Virus record (IMG/VR): IMGVR_UViG_3300044628_000090
DNA length: 64,000 nucleotides
Direction: 5' to 3' (one strand)
Source: a virus
The notes beneath the pieces are model-generated. The model worked only from the letters and a program-made list of their open reading frames with translations. It was not told where the DNA came from and searched no databases. Shown piece after piece: positions 51,101 to 60,751 of this stretch (position 1 is its first letter; the number at the start of each line of letters is the position of its first letter). The position numbers and the translations under genes were made by a program.

Positions 51101-53178
51101 TCTTTGATTATATTAGAGAGAGGAATGAATACTTAGATCAGATTGGTTACATTAACAAAGCTGATGCTAGAGTATTTTTACCTTTCATAAGAAAGAGTCT
51201 TACAGAGAAGATTGTAATGGGTGGTGATTTTAGATTGGGAGAGTCATTCCTAAGAAACATTACTATTACAGAAGGTGACGTTGGCTATGGTCAAATAGAT
51301 CCTATTACTAAAGAGCCAGTATATTCTATTCCTAAATATTTTACTAGAGAAACTGTAGAAGAAGCAAGTGAAGACTTGTTTAGAAACATGACTCTATTAA
51401 ATAGTATGGCTATTCGTTATGAATATCTAAGCAATATTGAAAACCAGTTAAACTTAATTGTAAAGACTGAAGGAAACAAAGAGGCTATCAAGACATCTTA
51501 CTTTGGTAAAACTAAGTACAGACCTGATGGTACACTTGAGACTACATCAGATAACTCTGACAATACTAAGCTTGTAAGAGACATGATGGCAGCTATTGTG
51601 TATGGTCAGAAGTATGTAGAGAGTGAAAACTTTGACCAGCTATTAGGAGGTATAAGTAACTTTGGTAAGAGAGCAAACAAAGTGTTAGGTAGAAAGATAT
51701 TTACAGAAGACTATGATGATGCTCAGATATCTTTGAACAAAACAATCACACAGTTAAATACTGTCTTCCAAATGAAGACGCTAGGATTAAATCCTATCTC
51801 AGCCCTATCAAACTTCTTAGGTGGTAGCTTCCAGAGTTATATCAATGCTGGTAAGTTCTTTACAAAGACAGACTTTGTACGTAATGAGTTTATGATGGCA
51901 GGTAAAATGAATGGTGTAGATTCTAAGAAATATATAGGAGCATTACAATACTTCCAACCTTTAACAGAAAACTATAACAACATCCTTGCTAAAGAATTGT
52001 CTGTTAGTAAGTTTAGCCAAGAAGGAATACAAGACTTCTTAATGATTTTGATGAGAACTGGAGATCAATATGTACAGTCTATCAACTTCTTTAGCTACTT
52101 AGAAAACTCTATTGTAGAAGATGGTAAGGTGTTTAACGTAAGAGAATATCTTAAGAAACAGCCAGAGTTTGCTAATATGTTCACAGGCACAGCTCAAGAA
52201 AGAAATCAATTAAAAGAGAAGTTTGAGACAGAGGTAAAGAGGCTAATTGAGGAGAAAGGATTTTTAAAACTAGCTAAGGTAGAAAATAATGAGCTTGTAG
52301 TGGAAGGTTTGGATAGAAAGTCTGATAGTGTAATTGAACTTAGAAGAAAGGTACAGGCTATCACTAAAGATGCGTTAGGTAACCTATCTGAGGATGACCT
52401 TAGAAAGATTAACTTAAATATATATGGTAAGTCATTCATGGTATTTAAAAACTGGATACCAAGACTTGTGGATGTAAGATTTGGTAACCTGAAATATAAC
52501 TCAGCTACAGAAGCGTATGAGTGGGGTAGAACTAGAAACATGTTCAGACTTCTAACACAAGACTTCATGGGTTCTGTTGATAGCTTAATCAGTTCTATAA
52601 AAGGAGATGACCAAAAGTTTGTCGATCAAATAAAGACACTTTATGAATCAAAAAGATCTGACTATGAGAAAGATACAGGTAAGACTTTAAACATGACAGA
52701 AGGGGAGTTTGTAGAATTAGTAAGTAATAACATACGTAACCAAATGACAGACTTCATGTTCTATCTTGCATTGTCCACATTAATCATAGGAGCTAAAGCT
52801 GCACAGCCAGGAGATGATGATGATAGAGCCACAAAGAATAGATATAAGTATATGCTTAGAGTGATGGATAAGATTAGAGATGAGGTTGCTTATTTCTACA
52901 ATCCAACATCCTTCTTGGGCCTAACCACATCAGGTATCTTCCCAGCAATAAGTTACTTGGAGAATTTCAAGAAGCTATTCCTAAACTTTGGTACAGAGAT
53001 GTACGCTCTAGGTGTAGGAGATGAAGAGTTGGCAAAGAAAACACAAGTGGTTAAATACTTATTAAAAGGATTCCCTATAGCTTCACAAGTAGATGCTGTT
53101 CTGTTGATGTTCTATCCAGATATAGCTAAAGACTTAGGTATGAAAGCACAATCTGAGGCTAAGCCATTTGGTAAATAA
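48169..53178 (+). CDS. giant virion protein (1669 aa)
   Basis: A long ORF following the 3664-aa ORF after a TAATG overlap. It contains a possible PD-(D/E)xK-like segment (TIDFIAVTPEGKVSILDWKF). An intrinsic-terminator-like hairpin follows. Confidence 0.45.
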   Translation: MSCQTGIKTAVEKYVQNKPYLNFDGKDFIEVRTSPREKVNPENYYGVSRSVADTLNKAINSEIALGKVFYPKAYSDKIGVIIAPTVKQLDALNAKDAAELDQALAELDLEIPEANRLDLENDTTFGVNSDGDSILLQTGEIPASKAAPQTVSLVKDLLNRIGVDIKTLQAIEIDGIKQDVNGVADIMQKLVKVTQGKEDVALTEEAMHFVVEILEQKNPQLFNRLLGEINSYKMYSDVLATYGKYKQYQTADGKPNIRKLKVEAIGKVLAETIIKKNEGSTEKPELLAKVEGWWNQIVDFIKGLFVKSGFDQAAMMVLGGEEIGTVDDIRNAEGVYFQQNINSQQAIIDKLRFTSDQITKDDTGYLINGNRIKRRVTDFVKDWYSTRFSNKDLTKSEYDQAVDDLKKEKGTAGHADIEHMLKNYFLNEDGTLRPENERPDDNGYVSQLNPKNKDLYTILKKNMAARLEQFNKTAPGTKFLAEMTVYDASRDVAGTIDFIAVTPEGKVSILDWKFMDLNVQRYKDVPWYKVSGWRQQMKQYKSIIEKGYGVKPEDFEQTRMIPIRAIYSGAIPKEGVLPQLTGVQIGNVDLKKEELAYLLPVGLETEKTGIKKVDTLIEKLNKIYDTISSKKATPEEKRNKAELLNSLYESIRQLQIRQNVEPLVRQAKLLNADVQRVIDTYNNEWKGKDAGSFTDKQKSELSDRILSYETSLMVYTSLATDLKSVFKKDMSEKDQALWQDIRDTAESANELEADLEEVRKDFAENVIAKDANVMDYLKPEKVIKGFSKLFNSTSVIQLKSTEILYKMANRAFGLASIETSEQGNKLLAIKEKYDKWAKSKGLTNKNYFDIIKKKGKNELIDEYSPEFYKTLKSKIAEKDTQWVRDNIDVSAYNEFLKEQKEKELKRIEDKTRFGDEETIKKDKKREIAETNALYNTSTSDSPGWLLYDLTKKFPKKENWQSEAWKELNKAENKPAKEFFDYIRERNEYLDQIGYINKADARVFLPFIRKSLTEKIVMGGDFRLGESFLRNITITEGDVGYGQIDPITKEPVYSIPKYFTRETVEEASEDLFRNMTLLNSMAIRYEYLSNIENQLNLIVKTEGNKEAIKTSYFGKTKYRPDGTLETTSDNSDNTKLVRDMMAAIVYGQKYVESENFDQLLGGISNFGKRANKVLGRKIFTEDYDDAQISLNKTITQLNTVFQMKTLGLNPISALSNFLGGSFQSYINAGKFFTKTDFVRNEFMMAGKMNGVDSKKYIGALQYFQPLTENYNNILAKELSVSKFSQEGIQDFLMILMRTGDQYVQSINFFSYLENSIVEDGKVFNVREYLKKQPEFANMFTGTAQERNQLKEKFETEVKRLIEEKGFLKLAKVENNELVVEGLDRKSDSVIELRRKVQAITKDALGNLSEDDLRKINLNIYGKSFMVFKNWIPRLVDVRFGNLKYNSATEAYEWGRTRNMFRLLTQDFMGSVDSLISSIKGDDQKFVDQIKTLYESKRSDYEKDTGKTLNMTEGEFVELVSNNIRNQMTDFMFYLALSTLIIGAKAAQPGDDDDRATKNRYKYMLRVMDKIRDEVAYFYNPTSFLGLTTSGIFPAISYLENFKKLFLNFGTEMYALGVGDEELAKKTQVVKYLLKGFPIASQVDAVLLMFYPDIAKDLGMKAQSEAKPFGK

Positions 53179-53262
53179 ACAATATAGTTATTGCTATATT
53201 ATGTAGGAATAATTTTCCTAACTCATTGAAAATAAATTAAATTCATTACTTTTGCTAATAAG

Positions 53263-53291
53263 GGTGCACATGCTATATCTAGTTGTGCACC
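53263..53291 (+). terminator. hairpin terminator after giant-gene block
   Basis: GGTGCACA-(13 nt)-TGTGCACC is a perfect 8-bp stem, followed by TTATTGTAT (a weak U-tract). A 170-nt AT-rich gap precedes the next gene. Confidence 0.5.
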
Positions 53292-53352
53292 TTATTGTAT
53301 ATCATACACATATGTATAGCAAAAAATTGTTATAACATCACAATCTAAAAAC

Positions 53353-56300
53353 ATGAACGTTACTTGCTCAGCACAAACTTGTCCTGTAATATTAGATTCG
53401 ACCTGCGTATTCTATGAAGGTCCTAATCTAATATGCTCTGGTATTAATACCAATGACAATCTTGAAACCATAATTGAAAAACTTAATGATGCCATCTGTG
53501 GCTCAGGACTATATGGTACTTCTGGTACCAGTGGTGCATCTGGTACTAATGGATCTAGTGGTGTCTCTGGGTCTTCTGGTACATCAGGATTAACAGGTTC
53601 TTCTGGTACCTCTGGTAAAACAGGAACATCTGGTACAAATGGTACCTCAGGTTCGTCTGGTAACAATGGTTCATCAGGCACTTCAGGTTCTTCTGGAAGT
53701 TCTGGATCTAGTGGTAAAGCAGGTACTTCTGGTACAGCTGCAACTAGTGGTACTGGTGGCAGTTCTGGTTCATCAGGTAGTTCTGGTACATCAGGATCTT
53801 CAGGTAGCTCAGCTTCTTCAGGTAGTTCAGGTTCTTCTGGTATCTCAGGTGATAGATATGCAACAATATCTAGTAGCACATTTACATTAGGTAGTGCAGG
53901 TTCTATTGTTGTTGGATTAGGCTTAGCTTATACAGCAGCACAGAACGTAATCATAGCATATAATGCAAGCAATCATCAAACCTCTGAGGTTATTTCTTAT
54001 AATGCTTCAACAGGTGTTTTAACCTTTGCAGCTCCTACAGACGTTGTTGGTTCTGGAACATATTCAATATGGACAGTAAACCTAGCTGGAGCAGCAGGTG
54101 GTGATGGATCAAGTGGTACTAGTGGTAGTGCTGGAACCTCAGGTTCAGTTGGTACTTCTGGTTCTTCTGGTACATCAGCTTCTTCTGGTAGCTCTGGTAC
54201 AAATGGTAGCTCTGGAACAGATGGATCTTCTGGAACATCTGCAACTGCAGGTACATCAGGAAGTTCTGGTAGTTCTGGTAGTTCTGCAACAGCAGGAACC
54301 TCTGGTTCTACTGGTACATCAGGTTCTGCTGGAACAAGTGGTACAACAGGTACAACTGGAACGAGTGGTACAACTGGAACAAGTGGAAGCAGTGGTACAT
54401 CAGCATCTTCTGGTACTGTAGGAACTAGTGGAACATCTGGTAAAGATGGTTCTACTGGAGCAGCAATTGCTAACTGGTATGGTCAATGGCATTCAGCAAC
54501 TACACAACAAGTTCTTGCTGCAGACACACCAACAGTTTGGTCTTATACTTTTACAGACATAGCATATGGTATTACATTAGTTTCAGGTACAAGACTTGAA
54601 GTGGCATACCCTGGACAATATGAGTTTGCTTTCTCAGCACAAGTTGATAAACAAACTCCTGGTTTAGCTACAGTATTTATTTGGTTAAGAGTAAATGGTG
54701 TAGATGAACCTAATAGTAAATCTTCTTTAGAATTGAATGGTCAAGAAGAAGAACAACTTCCATACGTAGGATATTTCTTAGATTTAGTAGCAGGTGATTA
54801 TGTTGAATGGGTATTTGCTTCTTCTGATGCAACAGTTAGACTTAAGGCTGTCCCAGCAACAGCAACTCCTGCTAATCCATATAATTCTCCTTTTGCTCCA
54901 TCAGTTATTGTTTATGCTAAACAAATTGGTGTAGCAGTGAGTGGTACTTCAGGTACCAATGGTACATCAGGAAGTTCTGGTACAAGTGCTGCAGATGGTA
55001 CAGCAGGTACGTCTGCTTCTTCTGGATCTTCTGGAACTTCAGCTACTGCTGGAACAGATGGGTCTAGTGGAACTGATGGCTCTTCTGGTACTTCTGGATC
55101 AAGTGGAACTTCAGCATCTTCTGGATCAAGTGGCACATCAGCTACTGCTGGTACATCAGGTACAACTGGTACTGATGGAAGCTCAGGAACTGATGGTTCT
55201 AGTGGTACGTCTGGTTCTAGTGGTACATCAGGTTCATCTGCAACATCAGGTTCTTCTGGAACTGATGGTAGCTCAGGAACAGCTGGTACAGATGGAAGTA
55301 GTGGTACAGATGGAAGCAGTGGTACGTCTGGCACTGATGGCTCAAGTGGTACTTCAGCAAGCTCAGGTACATCAGCAACAGCTGGTACTTCAGGTTCTTC
55401 AGGAACAACAGGCACCTCAGGTACAACTGGTACTTCTGGTACAACAGGTACAGATGGGTCTAGTGGTACTGATGGATCTAGTGGAACAGATGGTAGCTCA
55501 GGTACAAGTGGCACTACAGGTACAAGTGGTACAAGTGCAACAAGTGGATCTAGTGGATCTTCTGGAACAGATGGTTCATCTGGCACAGATGGTTCTTCAG
55601 GTACTAGTGGTACAGATGGTTCATCTGGAACAAGTGGAACAAATGGTACTGATGGTTCATCAGGCACTGCTGGAACAAGTGGAACAAATGGTACTGATGG
55701 TTCTAATGGAACTTCAGGATCAAGTGGTACAAATGGTTCAAGTGGTACAGATGGCTCTTCAGGCACTGATGGAAGTTCTGGTACTTCAGGTACAAGTGCT
55801 TCTGCAGGTACTGCTGGTCTTTCTGGAACAAGTGGATCTAGTGGTACTACAGGTACAGATGGTTCAAGTGGTACTTCAGGTACAACAGGAACTGATGGAA
55901 GCTCTGGTACTTCTGCATCTAGTGGTACTAGTGGAACAAGTGGAAGTTCTGGCACATCTGGTACATCAGGTACTGATGGTAGTTCAGGAACATCAGCTAG
56001 TTCAGGTACAGCAGGTCTTTCTGGAGACTTATACAAAACAACATCTAGTAGTAGTTTAGCAATAGGAATTGGTACAAAAAATCTTACTGTTGGTACAGGA
56101 CTTGCATATACTGTAGGACAGGCTGTAGTTATTGCTTATGATGGAAGTAATAGCATGGGTGGTGATCTTATTTCTTATGATTCTGGTACAGGTGCAATGT
56201 CAGTTAATATCACTGCAACTACTGGTTCTGGTACATACACAGCATGGCAAGTAAACTTAGGTGGTGCTGCTGGAGGTGATGGTACTTCTGGAACCTCAGG

Positions 56301-57129
56301 ATCTAGTGGTACTACTGGTACTAGTGGCACTGATGGATCAAGTGGAACAAGTGGAACTGATGGATCAAGTGGAACTTCTGCTTCTTCAGGCACTTCAGGC
56401 ACCTCTGGTTCTTCAGGAACAAGTGCTACGTCTGGAACATCAGGATCATCTGGTACTTCTGGTTTACAAGGTTTGGATGGTAACTTAGCTAGTTGGAGAA
56501 TATCAAGTTCTACAGATACAAGTACAGATCCAGGCAGTGGTTTCTTTGCTCTTAGCAGTGGCTTGACTTGGGGTACAACTACAACAAGCATTGCTATTGA
56601 CAACATATCTTATGACCCAGCAATTAACTTCTCATCTTACCTTGACTATTTACAACCTAACACAGTACTTAAGATAGTTAAGAATGATGATAAGAATACA
56701 TATAAAATATTATTAATTACAGCAAGAGATCCATTGGAGCCTGGCTTTGAGCAGTTCTCTGTTTCACAGATTGCTTCTGCAGGTCCTGATCCAGATGCTA
56801 GTGATGTATTCTATTTTAACGTTATTGGTGTAAGTGGATCTTCTGGTACTGCTGGAACAAGTGCATCTGCAGGTACAAGTGGACAAGATGCTACATCAGG
56901 AACTGATGGTTCATCTGGTACTAGTGGAACCTCTGGTTCATCTGGAACTAGTGGATCAGCAGGTACAAGTGCATCTTCTGGTACTTCTGCAAGCTCTGGT
57001 TCAAGTGGCACAGCTGGAACATCTGGTTCTTCTGGAACTGCAGCGTCTTCTGGAACTGCAGCAACATCAGGAGAAACATCAGTATACTCAGGAACAAGTG
57101 GAACAACAGAAACCTTACCTCCTGCTTAA
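53353..57129 (+). CDS. large collagen-like fibre protein (1258 aa) with interspersed globular domains including a C1q/TNF-like signature
   Basis: N-terminal Cys-rich 'GINTNDNLETIIEKL' module, then five (G-S/T-S)n tracts. The globular inserts include two copies of the ~75-aa 'YN/DxSxxx...SY(N/D)xxTG...GSGTY..W.VNL' module and a ~160-aa domain containing 'LEVAYPGQYEFAFSAQV', close to the C1q signature (F.....G.Y.F.F). Confidence 0.6.
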   Translation: MNVTCSAQTCPVILDSTCVFYEGPNLICSGINTNDNLETIIEKLNDAICGSGLYGTSGTSGASGTNGSSGVSGSSGTSGLTGSSGTSGKTGTSGTNGTSGSSGNNGSSGTSGSSGSSGSSGKAGTSGTAATSGTGGSSGSSGSSGTSGSSGSSASSGSSGSSGISGDRYATISSSTFTLGSAGSIVVGLGLAYTAAQNVIIAYNASNHQTSEVISYNASTGVLTFAAPTDVVGSGTYSIWTVNLAGAAGGDGSSGTSGSAGTSGSVGTSGSSGTSASSGSSGTNGSSGTDGSSGTSATAGTSGSSGSSGSSATAGTSGSTGTSGSAGTSGTTGTTGTSGTTGTSGSSGTSASSGTVGTSGTSGKDGSTGAAIANWYGQWHSATTQQVLAADTPTVWSYTFTDIAYGITLVSGTRLEVAYPGQYEFAFSAQVDKQTPGLATVFIWLRVNGVDEPNSKSSLELNGQEEEQLPYVGYFLDLVAGDYVEWVFASSDATVRLKAVPATATPANPYNSPFAPSVIVYAKQIGVAVSGTSGTNGTSGSSGTSAADGTAGTSASSGSSGTSATAGTDGSSGTDGSSGTSGSSGTSASSGSSGTSATAGTSGTTGTDGSSGTDGSSGTSGSSGTSGSSATSGSSGTDGSSGTAGTDGSSGTDGSSGTSGTDGSSGTSASSGTSATAGTSGSSGTTGTSGTTGTSGTTGTDGSSGTDGSSGTDGSSGTSGTTGTSGTSATSGSSGSSGTDGSSGTDGSSGTSGTDGSSGTSGTNGTDGSSGTAGTSGTNGTDGSNGTSGSSGTNGSSGTDGSSGTDGSSGTSGTSASAGTAGLSGTSGSSGTTGTDGSSGTSGTTGTDGSSGTSASSGTSGTSGSSGTSGTSGTDGSSGTSASSGTAGLSGDLYKTTSSSSLAIGIGTKNLTVGTGLAYTVGQAVVIAYDGSNSMGGDLISYDSGTGAMSVNITATTGSGTYTAWQVNLGGAAGGDGTSGTSGSSGTTGTSGTDGSSGTSGTDGSSGTSASSGTSGTSGSSGTSATSGTSGSSGTSGLQGLDGNLASWRISSSTDTSTDPGSGFFALSSGLTWGTTTTSIAIDNISYDPAINFSSYLDYLQPNTVLKIVKNDDKNTYKILLITARDPLEPGFEQFSVSQIASAGPDPDASDVFYFNVIGVSGSSGTAGTSASAGTSGQDATSGTDGSSGTSGTSGSSGTSGSAGTSASSGTSASSGSSGTAGTSGSSGTAASSGTAATSGETSVYSGTSGTTETLPPA
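54936..56025 (+). repeat. longest collagen-like triplet repeat tract (~360 triplets) in gene 53353
   Basis: (GGT/GGA-ACN/TCN-NNN)n with many near-identical 9-18-nt subunits ([15 protein letters not shown]...). Prone to slippage and recombination. Confidence 0.8.
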
Positions 57130-57138
57130 TAAATAAAT

Positions 57139-58452
57139 ATGCCTTACAGTAATTTAACTTTTAATATTTCCCTGAATAAAGAGTTCAACACTAATGACTT
57201 TGTCAAAGTGGCTCATGATGGGAATAACTATATCACAGGAAGGGTTGTATCTTACAATCCTTCCACTGGTGCATTGGTTGTTGAACCTTATGAAGTTGTA
57301 GGTAGTGGTACTTACAGCAGCTGGAACGTTTCCTTAACAGGATTCAATGGTTCAGCTGGAACTTCTGGTTCATCTGGTACATCAGGAACAACTGGCACAA
57401 GTGGATCTACAGGTACATCTGGTACAGCAGGTACTGCAGCAACAACAGGAACAGATGGTAGCTCTGCTACTTCTGGTAGTTCTGGTGATGCAGGTTCTTC
57501 TGCAACTAGTGGAGACAGTGGTTCTTCAGGAACTTCAGCCTCTTCTGGTACAGCTGGAACAGCAGGAACAGCAGGATCAGATGGATCTTCTGCAAGTTCA
57601 GGTACAAATGGTACATCAGGAAGTACTGGTTCTTCTGGTACAAGTGGTGGAATAGGTACAAGTGGCAGTTCTGGAAACTCTGGTAGTACTGGAAACTCTG
57701 GTGCTAGTGGTGGAAGTGGAACTTCTGGATCAAATGGAGCAACTGGACCTCAAGGTCCAATAGGTCCCCAAGGACCTCAAGGTGCACAAGGTGGTAAAGG
57801 TCCATCAGGTGTAAATGGTGGTACAGGACCTCAAGGTGGTACAGGCCCAACAGGGGCACCAGGAGGAACAGGTGCAGCAGGTGCACCAGGACCACAAGGT
57901 CCAACTGGCCCTCCAGGACCTCAAGGACCCACTGGTGGTCAAGGTGGTACTGGTCCTACAGGTGGTGCAACATCGTATAATCAAAACTTAAATACTAATG
58001 GTAGTGTTGTATTTGGTAATTGTGCGATGCCTGCCAATGCTAATACTAGTAGTAGATTGTATGTTGGAAACTTTGGTAGACTAGTGTCATCTGCAAATCA
58101 AGGAGTTCCTTGGACAGGATATAATGATGGTTGGTATACAGTTGGTGCTTTAGGAGCAGCGTTTTTCTTTAATACATCTTCTAGAACAGCAAAAGAAAAT
58201 ATAATACCATTTTCTCCATCAGCAGTAGAAATATTGAATGAAGTAGATATAGTTTCATATAACTATGAAGTAGACCAAAATGATGAAGATACAAGAATAG
58301 GGTTCATAGCAGAAGATACTCCAACTATTTTATCTGGTAATAATAATGATAGAATGGACACAATTAGTGTTATTGGATTAGCTTTGAAATCCATTCAAGA
58401 AATAGATAAAAGAATAACCAACCTAGAAAATATAAAGAATAATGCCATCTAA
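57139..58452 (+). CDS. collagen-like tail fibre paralog with N-terminal anchor module and C-terminal S74 chaperone domain
   Basis: N-terminus '[40 protein letters not shown]', then (G-T/S-S)n, then Pro-containing [13 protein letters not shown]...[13 protein letters not shown], then a ~70-aa tip, then '[32 protein letters not shown]...[13 protein letters not shown]...[21 protein letters not shown]' (S74 pattern). Confidence 0.6.
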   Translation: MPYSNLTFNISLNKEFNTNDFVKVAHDGNNYITGRVVSYNPSTGALVVEPYEVVGSGTYSSWNVSLTGFNGSAGTSGSSGTSGTTGTSGSTGTSGTAGTAATTGTDGSSATSGSSGDAGSSATSGDSGSSGTSASSGTAGTAGTAGSDGSSASSGTNGTSGSTGSSGTSGGIGTSGSSGNSGSTGNSGASGGSGTSGSNGATGPQGPIGPQGPQGAQGGKGPSGVNGGTGPQGGTGPTGAPGGTGAAGAPGPQGPTGPPGPQGPTGGQGGTGPTGGATSYNQNLNTNGSVVFGNCAMPANANTSSRLYVGNFGRLVSSANQGVPWTGYNDGWYTVGALGAAFFFNTSSRTAKENIIPFSPSAVEILNEVDIVSYNYEVDQNDEDTRIGFIAEDTPTILSGNNNDRMDTISVIGLALKSIQEIDKRITNLENIKNNAI

Positions 58453-59725
58453 TATGACCTTTAACATAAATCCTGGACTAGCATATCTCCCTGGAGATAA
58501 TGTACAACTTAGCCATGATGTTAATAACTATGTCATTGGTACTGTTGTATCATATAATCAAGGTACAGGAGTATTAGTAATTGCTCCAACTTTATCAAGA
58601 GGTACTGGTACATTTAGTACATGGACTGTTAGTTTAACTGGTGTTGTAGGTTCCTCAGGTACAGCAGGATCTGCTGGCTCTTCTGGAAAAGCTGGAAAGA
58701 GTGGAAGCTCTGGTAAAGATGGAGCTCCTGGTCAATCTGGTAGTTCTGGTAAAGCTGGTAGTTCTGGATCTGCTGGTACTGCTGCTACATCAGGCACTGC
58801 AGGTACTACAGGAACTGCAGGTACACATGGTCAAGCAGGTTCTTCTGGAAAGGGAGGAGAAAATGGTAAATCAGGAAACAGTGGTAAGTCTGGTTCTTCT
58901 GGAGCTGCTGCATCTAGTGGTAACTCAGGTGGGTCTGGAAACAGTGGTAAGTCTGGGTCTAGTGGAAATAGTGGAACAGCAGGTTCTAGTGGTAAATCAG
59001 GAGCAAGTGGTTCTTCAGGATCAAGTGGTAAATCAGGAGCAAATGGAGCAACTGGACCACAGGGTGCACAGGGTCCAATAGGAGCACAAGGTCCTACAGG
59101 TGCTGGTGGAACAAGTGGTGCACAAGGTCCTACTGGTGCACCAGGTCCAACAGGGGCACAAGGTCCAAGAGGTCCACAAGGTGGCACTGGTCCTCAAGGG
59201 GGTGGTGGTCCACAAGGTCCAACAGGACCAACAGGTGCAACAGGACCTACAGGTCCTCCAGGAGGAACAGGTCCACAAACTGTTTACAATCAATTATTGA
59301 ACACAGATAGTAATGTTTCATTTGCTACTACAGGTAGTGCAGGAGAAGTATTTACTGGTTCAGATTTTAATGTTGCACCTGGAACTGGTATGGTTTCTGG
59401 AGGTAACCAAGGTATTGGATGGTTAGGTACTGGTAATTGGCAAACATTTGGAGCTTGCGGTTCTACAAACTTTTTCAGTACTTCTTCTAAAATATATAAA
59501 AAAAATATTCAACCATATTCTCCTTCTGCTGTAAAAATTATAAATGATGTTAACATTGTTTCTTTTAATTATATAGATTATGAGCATACTAAAGTTGGAT
59601 TTATTGCAGAAGATACTCCAGTTGAACTATCAACAGAAAAACAGGATAGCTTAGATACAATGAACTCACTTGGACTAATATTAAAAGGGTTACAAGAATT
59701 AAATAGTAGAATAGATAAATTATAA
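58442..59725 (+). CDS. collagen-like tail fibre paralog (same architecture)
   Basis: N-terminus '[36 protein letters not shown]', G-X-Y tracts with [16 protein letters not shown], and a C-terminus '[31 protein letters not shown]...[13 protein letters not shown]...[18 protein letters not shown]'. Confidence 0.6.
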   Translation: MPSNMTFNINPGLAYLPGDNVQLSHDVNNYVIGTVVSYNQGTGVLVIAPTLSRGTGTFSTWTVSLTGVVGSSGTAGSAGSSGKAGKSGSSGKDGAPGQSGSSGKAGSSGSAGTAATSGTAGTTGTAGTHGQAGSSGKGGENGKSGNSGKSGSSGAAASSGNSGGSGNSGKSGSSGNSGTAGSSGKSGASGSSGSSGKSGANGATGPQGAQGPIGAQGPTGAGGTSGAQGPTGAPGPTGAQGPRGPQGGTGPQGGGGPQGPTGPTGATGPTGPPGGTGPQTVYNQLLNTDSNVSFATTGSAGEVFTGSDFNVAPGTGMVSGGNQGIGWLGTGNWQTFGACGSTNFFSTSSKIYKKNIQPYSPSAVKIINDVNIVSFNYIDYEHTKVGFIAEDTPVELSTEKQDSLDTMNSLGLILKGLQELNSRIDKL

Positions 59726-59735
59726 AATAATTAAA

Positions 59736-60098
59736 ATGATAGTTAATTACACATTTAAAATTTCAAGTTGGCATTTAATCCCACATATAAATGGGTTAGA
59801 CAATGTTATACAAAGAGTAGATTGGGTTATTGTTGGAGAAACAATAGATGCCAATGGTAAAACTCATACATGGGACCATACTCAGACAACAACTATTAAA
59901 TTTGATGATACTGCTGATTTTATTTCAGCTAATGAGTTAACTCCTGAAGTTGTTCAATCTTGGGTTTTTGAAATTGAAAATAGGAAACAAAGAAACATTG
60001 ATTGGATTAAAGAAAACATTATTTATAAAAGACTTGATGAGAAAGTAAATCCAGCAATTGCAAAAATTGTAAAACCTTTTTGGGAGCAACAACAATAA
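59736..60098 (+). CDS. hypothetical protein
   Basis: A 120-aa ORF between fibre paralogs. No motif. Confidence 0.35.
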   Translation: MIVNYTFKISSWHLIPHINGLDNVIQRVDWVIVGETIDANGKTHTWDHTQTTTIKFDDTADFISANELTPEVVQSWVFEIENRKQRNIDWIKENIIYKRLDEKVNPAIAKIVKPFWEQQQ

Positions 60099-60105
60099 AT
60101 AAACT

Positions 60106-60732
60106 ATGCCATACTCTAATATGACATTCACTGTCACCACAGGTTTAGCTTTTGTAGTTAATGACTTTGTTCTAATATCTGCTGTTGATACAACTACAAC
60201 CACTACAACATCGCCTATTGTAGATTGTGTTGAGTTTGTAAACATTGAGGTAACAGGAGCAGGTAATGTAACTTATTTAGATTGTAATGGAAATCCACAA
60301 TTACAAAATGTAGGAATAGGACCAGAAGTAATTGGAACATCATTATATTGTGTTCAATGGAGTACATTAAGTGGAACTGCAACGTTTACTATTGATAGTC
60401 TTGGTCCTAGTTGTACACTAACTACAACTACTACAACTACTACAATTAACACAACTACCACCACATCTACAACTACTGTTGCACCTACAACAACTACAAC
60501 AAGTACAACTACTACAGAAGCACCTGTATATTACAATATATTAGATTGTGGAAATAGTTCTACTGCATTCTCAATATTATATGCTGCTGGAACATTTGCA
60601 ACTAGTGAAAGATGTACTGCAGTTGCAAGTGGTTTCCCAACAAGAACAGTAATTATTATTGGTAGCACAACAACATTACCTGGTGGTCCTTTATATACAT
60701 TAACTTCACAAGGCATATTTGGTTGCCCTTAA
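60106..60732 (+). CDS. Thr-rich protein with fibre-family N-terminal motif but no collagen tract
   Basis: Starts MPYSNMTFTV, matching [10 protein letters not shown] of the ORF at 57139 and MPSNMTFNI of the ORF at 58442. It has long poly-Thr runs (TTTTTTTTINTTTTTSTTTVAPTTTTTSTTTTEAP). Confidence 0.4.
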   Translation: MPYSNMTFTVTTGLAFVVNDFVLISAVDTTTTTTTSPIVDCVEFVNIEVTGAGNVTYLDCNGNPQLQNVGIGPEVIGTSLYCVQWSTLSGTATFTIDSLGPSCTLTTTTTTTTINTTTTTSTTTVAPTTTTTSTTTTEAPVYYNILDCGNSSTAFSILYAAGTFATSERCTAVASGFPTRTVIIIGSTTTLPGGPLYTLTSQGIFGCP

Positions 60733-60751
60733 TTGTTAAAATAAAAAAATT

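Noticed and set aside
53412-59300. Long antisense/alternate-frame ORFs (up to 374 aa, e.g. 54912-56036 minus strand, 54941-56059 plus strand) across genes 53353, 57139 and 58442
   Set aside because: Same repeat artefact as above. Their length simply reflects the absence of stop codons in GXY-repeat DNA in all frames.
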